This document shows, piece by piece, positions 35,086 to 48,899 of a stretch of 64,000 nt of DNA. Both the position numbers and the translations under genes were made by a program. Location of the stretch: contig NC_057718.1 in assembly GCF_004010195.1 (NCBI RefSeq), forward strand, positions 15,869,309-15,933,308, given 5' to 3'. Source of the DNA: Chiloscyllium plagiosum. Taxonomy: Eukaryota. Numbering within the stretch: the stretch's first letter is position 1; each line of letters begins with the position of its first letter. The notes under the pieces are model-generated. The model did not search any database, was not told the DNA's origin, and saw only the letters and a program-made list of their open reading frames with translations.

Positions 35086-36088
35086 AAAATCCCTGGTCTT
35101 AGTGATCAGCAGTTGCTTACGTGTCTGTGGTCTACAGATACAAAATAAACCTAAGTTTATTTGTTTCTTGAAGCAACAGAGTTATTTTCACAAGTCAAAC
35201 ACTGTGGAGGATATTTTGTGGAAAGTTTTTATGCAGGACATTAGTTAGATTAAGAAAGTTCAGATAGTGAAAAACCTCAAAACAAAAACAAAAGCCCATG
35301 CTGTTCAGGGAAGTCGTGCCAATATTTCTGAATAAGTGTGTTATGATGACTTGAACTATACTTATATGATTATAACACTCTCCTAAATAATTTCTGAGGC
35401 CTAAATGTAAGCATTTTAAAATTGTTAACAAGTTTCAATCTGTTTTTATTTAAATCCCGGAAGCACAATAGTACAATTTAAATGATCAAATGACAAGAAT
35501 GGTCTAATTGGACAAAACCAATATATAAGACAATGTTCAGAATTTAATTTATATCATTCCGTGAACCCCCCCCCCCCACCTCCATTACATTGTCATACCC
35601 ATAAACCCTAATCAGTGAAGTCATAGTTCCATTCTCCTCCCACCACAAGGCTTTTGCCTATCATACAACAATTCACATTCTTTGCTTCTGATTCAAAACC
35701 TGACCTAACCGGCTGCCATTCTCAGCTGCTGGTGCCAGGATGCAATGCTGTGCCCTTTTACTTTCCTGCAAGAGAAATCAGGGGAATGCTATTGCAAAAT
35801 GGAGCCAGCCCAATTTTCATAGCACAAAACAAAAAGAATAAAGGCTTAATTTATTGGCCCAGAATATTTTATAAAACCATTTTGTTTGAGATTATAAGTC
35901 AAGAATACTCATACTTCCTGGTAGCATTTCTTTGGTTTATTTTGTTGTGGAGGGACTTATAAGGCAAATGAGCAACATGAATCTCACCACTGGAAATTAA
36001 TAAAGGCAACTGAGTGGATAGAGGCCAAATATATGGTCATATTGCTTTCTATTTAAAAGAGATGCTAATCAAAACAGCAATCTGTATT

Positions 36089-36436
36089 CATAGAATTACT
36101 AGAATGCAAAAAGAGGCCATTCAGCCCATCAAGTCTGCACTAACCTCCAAAGAGCAAACCCAGACCTAGCCCCTCAACCTATCCCATAACCCCAACCTTA
36201 GCATAGCTAATTCACCTAGCCTGCACATCCATGGACACTATGGGCAGTTTAGCATGGCCAACCCAGCTAACCTGCACATCTTTGAACTGTGGGAGGAAAC
36301 CAGAGCACCCAGCAGAAACCCATGCAGACATGAGAATGTGCAAACTCCACACAGACAGTCACCCAAGGCTGGAATCAAACCCAGGCCCCTGGCAATGTAA
36401 GGCAGCTGAGCTAACTACTGAGCAACTGTGCCAGCC
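36089..36436 (-). mobile_element. Full-length HE1-type V-SINE
   Basis: Homologous to 14228-14558; intact V-domain. Confidence 0.85.
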
Positions 36437-38389
36437 ATTACTCAATAATTTCTTCAAAAATAATAATTCTAGATACCGATAATACTGTAGGCTAGCAGGT
36501 AGGAGTAACAGGATCCCTCTCCGGAGTGACAATGCGAATTAATTGAATTTTCACAATAGCTGTCCTCATAATCTTTCCTGATATCAGGACATTACCAGTT
36601 TTTAATTCACTCTTATAATTTGCTGTGGTAAGAAAGGAATTCACACAAACTTTACGTTGCAAGCCCAATAATACAAGCATGAGATTACCCTAACCTCTGT
36701 GGGCCTGTAAATTTGGGATAGGCTAGGTATTTACAAAGTAATGAAGGGAAATAGTGGAAATAAGAGGTTGAAAGGCCAAAACCTGAAAATGATCCTAGAA
36801 AATAGAACTTATCCCTTCTAAATTTCCATAAATGATTCGAATCATGTATTGTGCAAAACAAAAAGATAAGGAATGACTATTCTATGGAATTTATGCTTCT
36901 AGTCTGGTTCATTGAAAAGATAAACCACATTCAGGCCATAAGTCAGATAAAAGGCAGAACTACTTCAATAAAAAAGTCCCCCCACTTCCTCCATGAAACT
37001 CAGAATAATATTCCAACTACATAATCTTGCATTTTAATTTGCTAATACTGCTTTTTATTGCCATGGATAATATTGCTATCAAATTGAAGACACATTTTGT
37101 GCTGTGCATTTTGCTTTGCTGGAGTTATTTTAAAAATCTCAGACTGATTTCCCTAAGCACTTTTACATTATTGTAGGTATGTGAGTGAGGAAAATCAATC
37201 TCCTATCCTGATACCTTGGAAACAACAATTACAGGATGGTGTTAGTACTTCTCTGCACCAAATCTCTTGCATTAGGAGTATTTCAAACTATTTCAGCTTT
37301 ATCCTTGAGAGTTATTTGAGCTTTGAACTACAGAACAATGTAGCTGACTTTGGAGTGGGTGGAAGAAGAACTCATGATTTGATAGATAAATGATTTTAAA
37401 AAGTCTTAAGATGGTAAATCAGAACTGAGGTGTATTTAATTTAAAAGACCAGTAATCAGCTGAAGTCATATGTGTTAAAGGTAAATCCTAATGCTGAGGA
37501 AAAAATGTATTGGAATTTTGCTTGAATATCCCAATATGAAAGCAATAAGCAAGTTGCTTTAATTCTTTAGATGCATAAGACATATAGAAATCGTAAATAA
37601 TTGTTTTAATATGCTTTTTCATAATTCAACAACTATGTTTTCTAATCATGTATGCTTGAAAGCAACACATCTCAAAGAATATTTGGACAAAACTAAACCT
37701 TCCAGTTCTTTGCAGAAACTTTTATGTTTCCGAGGATGTTCAAAACATTCTTCCTGTTTTTAAAGTGGAGCTGGTTTGTGTTGGTTATTGATAATATTTC
37801 TCTGCTGCAGCTACACAGTATGAAGCAGAACTAGCATGTTTGTTCTCTTTTCTTCCAAAGATTGACTTTTTTGATGGATCAGTGCCCAGAACAGAAACAG
37901 ATGGCAGACATATTGTCTATATACCTACTGGAATGAAGAGCAGAGAAACAAAAAAATGTTTGATTAACTACATGAAGTATCTTCACAACTCTCCACTTAA
38001 AAGGATAAAAAGTACAGAAGAGTGAGCTGGAAAATAATTAAGACATTTGCTTTAAGATCATCATGGGACTAAAGTTGGAAGGTTGACCTGGCCCTAATGT
38101 AGAGTTTTGTGAAGTGACTGTTGGGACCCTAAGTGGGATCGTGGGATGAAATATTAAGGCTGTGAGCTCCACAACACCAATGGCAGTGAGCTCTTTCCTC
38201 TCCAGTCTCACAGGCCTTCTCTTCTCCACCCACTTCCCTCTCACAGTTGCTTCTGAGGAATCACAACAATTTTCAAGCCTCAGAATGGGATCGCAGTGAG
38301 AAACATTTTGGGAAACACTGCTTTAAAGGTATACATTCCAACCTGAGATTGTTATTGGAACTGGTTAAGGTGGAAGTACTACACTTGAA

Positions 38390-39020
38390 AAAAAAATCTT
38401 TGTATTATAAGAGTAGGGAAGTCTTACTGCAACTGTACAGTATACTAGGTTGGGTCTCTATTGCAACTGTACTATATCTGGAGTGTTGTCAGCAGATCTG
38501 GTCTCCAAATTTAATGAAAGGATATCATGTATTGGAGGCAATCCAACAAAGGTTCACTTGGATGATCCCTGGTATGGAGAGATTATCTTATGAGCAAAGG
38601 CTAAATAGGTTGGGACTCTACTCACTGGAGTTTAGAAGAATGAGAGATGATCTCGTTGAAACATACAGGATTCTTAAGGGGTTTGCCAGGTAAATGCAGA
38701 GAGGATGTTTCCCTCATGGGAGAATCTAGGACCAGAGGTTAAAGTCTCAGGATAAAGAAGCACCAGTTTAAGACTTGAGATGAAAAGGATTTTTTTCTCT
38801 CAGTTGTGAGTTGGAGCTCTTTGCCATAGAGAGCTGAGGAGGCAGTGTATTTGTATATATTTACAGCTAAGGTAGAATCTTGATCATTAGGGGAATTGAG
38901 GGTTACGGAGAAAAAGCAGGAAAGTGGATGTGAGGAATGTCGTATCAGCCATGATCCTATTGAATGACAGAGCAGGCTCAAGGAGCCGAGTAGCCTACTC
39001 CTGTTCCTATTTCTTACGGT
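38390..39020 (+). mobile_element. CR1-type LINE 3' fragment
   Basis: ORF gives YKSREVLLQLY...IWSP...RLNRLGLYSLEFRRMRDDLVETY, followed by a CR1 tail. Confidence 0.85.
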
Positions 39021-39169
39021 TTAATGGCATGGGGACTAATGATTTGAACCTTACCCATGGAATTCTACTTGACTCAGTGAATAATAGTGGAGCTATTTAC
39101 CAATGTCTATTATGCTAATGATTTTGGACTTCAAGCAGAAGAAAGCTAAATAAATTGACCAGCAAAAGA

Positions 39170-40035
39170 ATTATCAGAGATGAGAAAAGATTATTTAGTC
39201 CATTGAAACTCATATCTCCACTATCCTAAAGATCCATGACATCCAACTGTATTTTATAATCATAATTTATTCTAACCTCGTCCACTTAATCACTTCTCAT
39301 AGCACAATACCTTCATTCCAGGAATCAATCTAAGGAAAGCTTGATGCATTTCCTACAAAGCAAATATTTTAAGATAAGGTGATCAGAACAATATCTGGTT
39401 CTCTGGGCATGGTTTCACCAAGGCCTTCTACAGTTTCAGTCATTTTCATCATCCAACTCCTTTGTAAAAGGTGTGATATACCATTTGCTTTCTTAATTGC
39501 TAACTGCATCTGTGTGTGCAAGGACACCCAGATCCTTCTGAATATCAATACTTCACAGTCAATTATTAAAAATTATTCTCCACTTCTATTTTTTCCTTCC
39601 AAAGTGGATAATTTCACCTGCTATGCAAATTCCATTTGCCATGTTCTTGTTCACTCACTTAACCTGTCTATATCACTTTGCAGCCTCTTTGCATTCTTGC
39701 ACCTTATCCAAGTCAGACATGTATCGTTAGTGAGTTTGGAAAAATTACACTCATTACGTTCTTTAAAATCACTGATATAGATTTTAAACAACTGAGCCCC
39801 AACCACTGAGTGCTACCCCACCAGCTATAGCCTACCAACCCAAAACGATCCATTTTTCTTGTTCATTGTTCTTTGTCCATTAACCAATTGTCCATGCTAA
39901 TATATTACCCCTAATCTAATGAACTCTAATTTTGTGCAATAGCCTCTTGTGTAGTACCTTAACAAATGCTTTTTGAAAATCTAAGTGTTTTTGGTTATAT
40001 TTTAAGAACCAACTAGTTATATCCTCAAGAATCTC
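39170..40035 (-). mobile_element. Old degenerate CR1-type LINE fragment
   Basis: Decayed reverse-complement matches to RT motifs (DFQKAF near 39960-39985, FA-D near 39720-39740) and to the downstream region. Confidence 0.55.
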
Positions 40036-41115
40036 TGAGATGGAACATTTTGCTCCCTTGAGTGGCATGGACAATAGGGAGAAAGTTGCTCACCATGTTG
40101 TGAAAATGGAAAAAAATCAAACTTGATGTTAAGGGAAAAAAAAATGCGCCTTAAAGAGGGAAATTAGAGAGTTCAGAACCTCACTAATTAGCAGCAACTA
40201 TCTTAATTCAATACATTTGCATCTTATTATTAGCCTTGCTTAATTTATTTCAATGCAGTTCCCAATTTTCCTCACCTTCCCTATGAAACGAGGGTGCCAA
40301 TCCCAGTATGAAAGTCATAGGGAAGCATGTTGCTTCTCCGGACCTTCACCCACTTTTGTCTTTACTACATCTCTGCATGCTCCATGGACACCGGCCTCTT
40401 CCACCCTTTGTGGGCATCAGCAAACCACCAACCTCACCACATCAGCATGTTTGCTCACAGACCAAATTACATATCACTTTGACTTTCAAAACTTCATTTT
40501 CGAGCTCAGGAACACTTATGACTTGCTTGCTTCTACCAGGTCATTTTGTGTGTGAGCATACACATGCATCAACATGGGATGCAGCTTTTCGCTCTTGGCT
40601 TAATTTCTTACCACATGTTCACTTTGCGTTTACTTGGAGGCTGTGAGCCTCTATGGCTGGTATTCTTTTTCATTGCATAGACTTTTCACTGTTATGCAAA
40701 ATGCTGTCAGCCATCTGGGTTGCATTGTCTTTTTTAGTGAAAGGCTCTTTGGTGCTAGGTTAGAGGTTTCAGCCTCTGTGGCCTGCATTGCCTTTTAGCA
40801 AAGAGGAGACTTATGCAGCTCGGCATGGTTCAGAGCACAGAAAAGTCAAGGTTTATGGCACCATATTACATTAGTGTTAACCTTGCATCATGTGCAAGCA
40901 CCTACATGGCAAACACACTGCATGTGCTTCAATCAAATGGCATTGTCTTAAAGTCAGAAGGGACCAGTCCTCAGGAATTATGGGGCCTAGAGTCAGTCAG
41001 GGGTTGTTTCCACAGTTGGTCAAAGGGGTCATTCAATTCCAGTCTTTGGACTGGACCATGACCAGTCCTGCAGGTTTAATGCAACCATTCCAGGGATTAC
41101 AAGTCTGCTAATCAT

Positions 41116-42855
41116 AGAACATAGAACAATACAGCACAGAACAGGCCCTTCGGCCCACGATGTTGTGCTGAACATTTGTCCTAGCTTAAGCACCTATCCA
41201 TGTACCTATCCAATTGCCGCTTAAAGGTCACCAATGAATCTGACTCTGCCATTCCCACAGGCAGCGCATTCCATTCCCCCACCACTCTCTGGGTAAAGAA
41301 CCTACCCCTGACATCCCCCCTATACTTTCCACCCTTCACCTTAAATTTATGTCCCCTTGTGACACTCTGTTGTACCCGGGGAAAAAGTCTCTGACTGTCT
41401 AGTCTATCTATTCCCCTGATCATCTTATAAACCTCTATCAAGTCACCCCTCATCCTTCGCCGTTCCAATGAGAAAAGGCCTAGCACTCTCAACCTATCCT
41501 CGTATGACCTATTCTCCATTCCAGGCAACATCCTGGTAAATCTCCTCTGCACCCTCTCCAAAGCTTCCACATCTTTTCTAAAGTGAGGCGACCAGAACTG
41601 CGCACAGTACTCCAAATGTGGGCTTACCAAGGTCCTGTACAGCTGCAACATCACCTCACGACTCTTGAATTCAATCCCTCTGCTAATGAACGCTAATACA
41701 CCACAGGCCTTCTTGCTAGCTCTATCCACCTGAGTGGCAACATTCAAAGAGCTATGAACATAGGCCCCAAGATCCCTTTGCTCCTCCACCTTACTAAGAA
41801 CCCTACTGTTAACCCTGTATTCTGCATTCTTATTGTCCTTCCAAAATGGACAACCTCACACTTGACAAGGTTGAACTCCATCTGCCATTCCTCAGCCCAG
41901 CTCTGCATCATATCTAAGTCCTTTTGCAGCTGACAACCGCCCTCCTCACTATCCACAACTCCACCAATCTTCGTATCGTCTGCAAATTTACTGACCCACC
42001 CTTCGACTCCCTCTTCCAAGTCATTAATAAAAATTACAAACAGCAGAGGACCCAGAACTGATCCCTGCAGAACTCCACTTGTAACTGGGCTCCAGGCTGA
42101 ATATTTACCATCTACCACCACTCTCTGACTTTGACCGGTTAGCCAGTTCTCTATCCAACTGGCCAAATTTCCCACTATCCCATTCCTCCTGACTTTCCGC
42201 AAAAGCCTACCATGGGGAACCTTATCAAATGCCTTACTAAAATCCATGTACACTACATCCACTGCTCTACCCTCATCTACATGCTTGGTCATCTCCTCAA
42301 AGAATTCAATAAGACTTGTCAGGCAAGACATCCCCCTGACAAATCCGTGCTGGCTGTCCCTAATCAAGCAGTGTCTTTCCAGATACTCATAAATCCTATC
42401 CCTCAGTACCCTTTCCATTATTTTGCCTACCACCGAAGTAAGACTAACTGGCCTGTAATTCCTGGGGTTATCCCTATTCCCTTTTTTGAACAGGGGCACA
42501 ACACTTGCCACTCTCCAGTCCCGTGGTACCACCCCCGTTGACAGTGAAGACGAAAAGATCATTGCCAATGGCTCTGCAATTTCGTCTCTTGCTTCCCACG
42601 TAATCCTAGGATATATCCCGTCAGGCCCTGGGGGCTTGTCTATCCTCACGTTTTTCAAAATGCCCAACACATCTTCCTTCCTAACAAGTATCGCCTCTAA
42701 TTTACCAGTCTGTTTCATACTCTCCTTTTCAATAATACGGTCCCTCTCATTTGTAAATACTGAAGAAAAGTACTCATTCAAGACCTCTCCTATCTCTCCA
42801 GACTCAATACACAGTCTCCCACTACTGTCCTTGATCGGACTACCCTCGTTCTCGT
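41116..42855 (-). mobile_element. Young CR1/HER1-type LINE, 5'-truncated, with a complete RT domain and one frameshift
   Basis: ORF 41744-42781 has [29 protein letters not shown] and FADD; ORF 41181-41789 is the C-terminus. (TTCTATG)n tail and 8-bp TSD CTAATCAT at 41108-41115 and 42856-42863. Confidence 0.95.
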
Positions 42856-43899
42856 CTAATCATGTTGCTGTGGAGACATAGGTCCAGGGTGGGGCTGTCC
42901 CCAGAGGACACAAACAAAATCTGGAGGTAGGTGGGCCATGGTCAATTCTAGGGGTTTAGGCAGCATTGGTCAGCGAGCTTATTGGCGCTAGTCCATGGAC
43001 TGCTTGAGAAAGTGGGAAGCTCCACTCTGTCATTGGGAATTAATTATCACTGAGGGAAAGATTATAGTGAAAAGAGGCAATTGAAGAAAGAAGGTTTGGA
43101 TCTCAGAGAGCATTACAGGGGCTGGGAGCTTTAGGAGTGGGGGTTTTCACAAGTCACAATCACTCTGGTAGTAAGAAGAATGTATGACCAATAGAGGTAT
43201 GAAAATTCATGGGCTCTGCAGGTAAACTGGGGATGTTAGTGGTTATATAAAAGGCCTGAATGAAAATCAGGGGAAGCTGAAAGGTCATTGGAATCACAAG
43301 GAAAGCAACACAAAAGAGAACTTGAAACTTGGTTGGATCATGTGTGTCAGGTGAAACCTACAAATCTCAAATAAGGACACAAAGTTGAAACCTTACCATC
43401 TTTGATTCAAAGTCAACAGCATGATAATGACATAAAATGGCTGCTATGTATGGAGAGTGGGCAGAGTAACTTACAATTTCTCTTTTCAGGGGCGGAGTAT
43501 AATTCTTTGATATAGAGGTCCTGTTAGGAGCAATTGCATTATTCATGCATCTATTGATTCAGACATCTATCCATCTGGCACCAAATTGCAATTCATAGAC
43601 CATTATTTGGTACATCAAAAATAATGGCCTCAAGCAACCATGACCATTATATTATTTGCAGAAATTGCTCCCCTTGATATGTCAGATAAACAAATCTAAT
43701 CAGGAGCTAATTTTAAAGTCTCAACTTCTGAATCATATTTCCTATCTAATATTGGAAAATAATGCTTCAAACTGACACAGACTGAAATGAAAGTATGCAA
43801 AGATATGGTTGTGAAGTTCAAGAGTGGCGTTTTTCTGGATGGAACTATCATGGTGGATTTATGCCAGAATTTCACTCTCCTAATGTAACCTGAACACAA

Positions 43900-44430
43900 G
43901 ATTGGGTTGGTTGTGCTGGGAGCAACTCATACAAAACAGGACCTGGGGTGTGGGAGAAGAGTAATGAACATGGAGGAGAGTGTTCATGTTCTGAAACTAA
44001 TAAACTTGATGTTGAGTCCTGAAGGATGTAAGGTTCCGAGGCAGAAGATGAGTTGTTATTCCCCGAGCTTGCATTTAGGTCATGTTTTGTATAGGTTGCT
44101 CCAAGCAAAGCCAACTCATTTTCAACCATTTACACTTATTGTTAGCACACCGCCCCACATTTATCTCTGTCTCTTGGCTTCTCATCGACAATCTCTTTAT
44201 TTGCCTATACTTCTCTCTGTTTCTCACACACACTCTCTCCATGTACTCTATTACTCTATTTACTGCCATTTCCACTCTGAGACCAACACAATATCACCCA
44301 GCTATTTTCAGCTCTGAGACAAGGTCACTGACTTGAAAAGCTAACTGTTTTTCTCTATGGATGCTGTCTGACCTGCTGAGTTTATTCAGAATTTTAGTTT
44401 TATTTCAAATTTCCAACATCGGCAGTTCTT
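43900..44430. mobile_element. Old Penelope-like remnant with an inverted repeat
   Basis: Inverted pair at ~43903-43944 and ~44077-44119. 3' end GGATGCTG.CTGACCTGCTGAG...TTCCAACATC.GCAGT, with a decayed hammerhead core near 44314-44345. Confidence 0.55.
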
Positions 44431-44894
44431 TAATTTTATCTTTATGATATATCCATCAAGTATGAGAAGCCAGAGCGAACCTAATTAAAATCCCCTTCCA
44501 GAATGAAAGATCGGGGCTTGAACTTTTATTCATCATGGGTTACCTTCCATTGGTTGTACAGCAGTCAGCCCAGTTAGTGCAAAATACACACAGACCTGTT
44601 TATTTTTGCAGACCTTGAACTTTTTTGTTGCTGAATAAATGTTTTTTTTCCGTATTTTTATCTACTTGGTATCATCAGATAGTCCCACTTTCAAGTATCT
44701 ACCCTTTATAGGTCTTACTCATTGTTTGGGAGAAAGCAGTAGTCTTAGACAGGGCACTAGTATTGCATGGCATTAAGCTGAGGTTGCTTTCAAAGCTTTA
44801 GTCAACATTTGTTATCTGAGTATTGTGCATAACTCTTTCATGATACACATTGGGTTGAGAGCAAACCTGAGGCATATCCTTTTAGACCTTAAAA

Positions 44895-45580
44895 AAATAG
44901 AAATATGAGTAGGCTCCCTTGACCTGCTGTGCTTTTCCAACACCACTCTAATCTTGACTCTAATCTCCACCATGGCTTGCTCCACCATTCAGTAGGATCT
45001 TGGCTGATTGGACACACGTTCTATCACTTTCCTGTCCTTTCTCCATAAATTTTGATTCCCATGCTGATCAAGAATCTATTTATCTCAGCCTCAAAATTGA
45101 CACAGCACTTTGTGGTAAGGAGTTCCAAAGACATTCAACCCTCTGAGAGAGGAAATTCCTCCTCATCTCAGTCTTAATTATGGTCCTAACATTCTCTTAG
45201 CATTTACCCTGGCAAGCCCCTAAAAATCCTATATCTTTCAATGAGATCACCTCTCATTCTCCTAAATTCCAATGAATAAAATCCCAATCTGTTTAGCTTT
45301 TGCTCATAAGACAGTTCCTTCATAATCGGGATCATCCCAGTGAACCTTCTCTGAACTGTCTCCAATGAAATAATATGTTTTCTAAAATAAAGGAACCAAA
45401 ACTACTCTCAGAATTCCAGATGTGGTCTCGAAGCACCTTGTACAGTTCAGCAAGCCTTCCCTAATCTTATACTTCAAGCACCTTGAAATGAGGGCCAACA
45501 TTCCTTTAACCTTCCTGATCACCTACAGCATCTATGTGCTAGCTTTCTGTGTTTTGTGCATTGCAGCTTTCTGTAATTTT
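44895..45580 (-). mobile_element. CR1-type LINE 3' fragment carrying a ~55-bp PLE tail insertion at ~44915-44970
   Basis: Reverse-complement similarity to 38390-39020. The insert GACCTGCTGTGCTTTTCCAACACCAC matches PLE ends. Confidence 0.7.
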
Positions 45581-45789
45581 GCTCATTATATACCTTCAAG
45601 CCTTGAAATGACGGTATATTTCCTTGAAAGGCTGATAGATAGAATGAGACATTGCCTCCAGAGATGTGTGGAATTATCATTGATCATCATTGAGAGTAGT
45701 ATTATCTGGATTACTCCCAATGCTACGAGCTAGTGAGGGCAGGAATAGGAGGACACAGCAGATGAATGCATGACTAAGGAGCTAGTATA

Positions 45790-48700
45790 TGGGCAAAGGA
45801 TTCACATTTTTGGATCATTGGAATCTCTTTTGGGGTAGAAGTGACCTGTACAAGAAGGACGGATTGCACCTAAATTGGAAGGGGACTAATATACTGGCAG
45901 GGAGATTTGCTAGAGCTGTTCGGGAGGATTTAAACTAGTAAGGTGAGTGGGTGGGACCCAGGGAGATAGTGAGGAAAGAGATCAATCTGAGACTAGCACA
46001 GTTGAGAACAGAAGCAAGTTAAACAGTCAGGGCAGGCAGGGACAAGGTAGGACTAATAAATTAAACTGCATTTATTTCAATGCAAGGGGCCTAACAGGGA
46101 AGGCAGATGGACTCAGGGCATGGTTAGGAACATGGGACTGGGATATCATAGCAATTGCAGAAACATGGCTCAGGGATGGGCAGGACTGGCAGCTTAATGT
46201 TCCAGGATACAAATGCTACAGGAAGGATAGAAAGGGAGGCAAAAGAGGAGGGGAAGTGATGTTTTTGATAAGGGATAGCATTGCAGCTGTACTGAGGGAG
46301 GATATTCCCGGAAATACGTCTAGGGAAGTTATTTGGGTGGAACTGAGAATTAAGAAAGGGATGATCACCTTATTGGGTTTGCATTATAGATCCCCCAATA
46401 ATCAGAGGGAAATTGAGAAACAAACTTGTAAGGAGATCTCAACTTTGTGTAAGAATATTAGGGTGGTTTTAACTTTCCAAACATAGACTGGGACTGCCAT
46501 AGTGTTAAGGGTTTAGATGGAGAGGAATTTGTTAAGTGTGTACAAGACAATTTTCTGATTCAGTATGTGGATGTGCCTGTGAGAGAAGGTGCAAAACGTG
46601 ACCTACTCTTGGGAAATAAGGCAGGGCAGGTGACTGAGGTGCCAGTGGGGAGCACTTTGGAGCTAGCGATCATAATTCTATTAGATTTAAAATAGTGATG
46701 GAAAAGGATAGACCAGATCTAAAAGTTGAAGTTCTAAATTGGAGAAAGGCCAATTTTGATGGTATTAGGCAAGAACTTTCAAAAGCTGATTGGGGGCAGA
46801 TGTTCGCAGGTAAAGGGATGGCTGGAAAATGGGAAGCCTTCAGAAGTGAGATAACAAGAATCCAGAGAAAGTATATTCCTATCAGGGTGAAAGGAAAGGC
46901 TGGTAGGTGTAGGGAATGCTAGGTGACTAAAGAAATTGAGGGTTTGGTTATGAAAAAGAAGGAAGCATATTGTCAGGTATAGACAGGATAGATCGAGTGA
47001 ATCCTTAGAAGAGTATAAGGGCAGTAGGATTATACTTAAGAGGAAAATCAGGAGGGAAAAAAGGGACATGAGATAGCTTTGGCAAATAGAGTTAAGGAGA
47101 ATCCAAAGGGTTTTTATAAATACATTAAGGACAAAAGGGTAACTAGAGAGAGAATAGGGTGCCTCAAAGATCACCAAGGTGGCCTTTGTGTGGAGCCACA
47201 GAAAATGGGGGAGATACTGAACGAGTATTTTGCATTAATATTTACTGTGGAAAAGGATATGGAAGATATAGAATGTAGGGAAATAGATGGTGACACCTTG
47301 AAAAATGTCCATATTACAGAGGAGGAAGTGCTGAAGATCTTGAAACGCATAAAGGTGGATAAATCCCCAGGACCTGATCAGGTGTACCCTAGAACCCTGT
47401 GGGAAGCTAGCGAAGTCATTGCTGGGCCTCTTGCTGAGATATTTGTATCAACGATAGTCACAGGTGAGGTGCCGGAAGACTGGAGGTTGGCCACTGTTTA
47501 AAAAGGGTGGTAAGGATAAGCCAGGGAACTATAGACCAGTGAGCCTGACGTCGGTGGTGGGCAAGTTCTTGGAGGGAATCCTGAGGGACAGGATGTACAT
47601 GTACTTGGAAAGGCAAGGACTGATTAGGGATAGTCAACATGGCTTTGTGCATGGGAAATCATGTCTCACAAACTTGATTGAGTTTTTTGAAGAAATAACA
47701 AAGAGGATTGATGAGGGCAGAGCAGTAGATGTGATCTATATGGACTTCAGTAAGGTATTCGACAAAGTTCCTCATGAGAGACTGGTTAGCAAGGTTAGAT
47801 CTCACGGACTACAGGATGAACTAGCTATGTGGATACAGAACTGGCTCAAAGGTAGAAGACAGAAGGTGGTGGTGGAGGGTTGTTTTTCAGACTGGAGGCC
47901 TGTGACCAGTGGTGTGCCACAAGGATCAGTCCTGGGTCCTCTATTTTTTGTCATTTATATAAATGATTTGGATGCGAACATAAGAGGTATGGTTAGTAAA
48001 TTTGCAGATGACACCAAAATTGGAGGTGTGGTGGACAGCAAAGAAGGTTACCTCAGATTACAACAGGATCTTGATCAGATGGGCCCCGTGAGCTGAGAAG
48101 TAGCAGATGGAGTTTAATTCAGATAAATGCGAGGTGCTGCATTTTGGGAAAGCAAATCTTAGCAGGATTTATATACTTAATGGTAGGGTCCTAGGGAGTT
48201 TACCGAACAAAGAGATCTTGGAGTGCAGGTTCATAGTTCCTTGAAAGTGGAGTCGCAGATAGATAGGATAGTGAAGAAGGCGTTTGGTATGCTTTCCTTT
48301 ATTGGTCAGAGCATTGAGTACAGGAGTTGGGAGACATGTTGCGGCTATACAGGTCATTGGTTAGGCCACTGTTGGAATATTGCGTGCAATTCTGGCCTCC
48401 TTCCTATCGGAAAGATGTTGTGAAACTTGAAAGAGTTCAGAAAAGAGTTACAAGGATGTTGCCAGGGTTGGAGGATCTGAGCAAAAAGGAGAGGCTGGGG
48501 TTGGTTTCCCTGGAGCGTCGGTGGCTGAGGGGTGACCTTATAGAGGTTTACAAAATTTTGAGGGGCATGGATAGGTTAAATAGACAAAGTCTTTTGCCTG
48601 GGGTCGGGGAGTCCAGAACTAGAGGGTTTAGGGTGAGAGGGGAAAGATATAAAAGAGATTTAAGTGGCAACTTTTTCACGCTTAGGGTCATACGTGTATG

Positions 48701-48899
48701 GAATGAGCTGCCAGAGGACGTGGTAGAGGCTGATACAATTGCAACATTTAAGAGGCATTTATAGGAAGGGTTTGGAGGGATATAGGCTGGGTGCTGGCAG
48801 GTGGGACCAGATTAGGTTGGGATATCTGGTCGGCATGGAAAGGTTGGACCGCAGGGTCTGTTTCCATGCTGTACATCTCTGTGACTCTATGACTCTATG
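45790..48899 (+). mobile_element. Near-complete HER1/CR1 LINE: ORF1 C-terminus, ORF2 (APE endonuclease plus RT) and tail; disrupted
   Basis: 45792-45938 translates to FTFLDHWNLFWGRSDLYKKDGLHLNWKG (SGNH esterase DxxH). APE motifs CIYFNARGL, IAETW and SDH; RT motifs QHGF, PQGSVLGP and FADD; (GACTCTAT)n tail; several frameshifts and stops. Confidence 0.95.

Noticed and set aside
35012..35248. Tripeptide-repeat (antifreeze-like) coding sequence
   Set aside because: The repeat is short and degenerate, the frame has a non-ATG start, and there is no gene structure.
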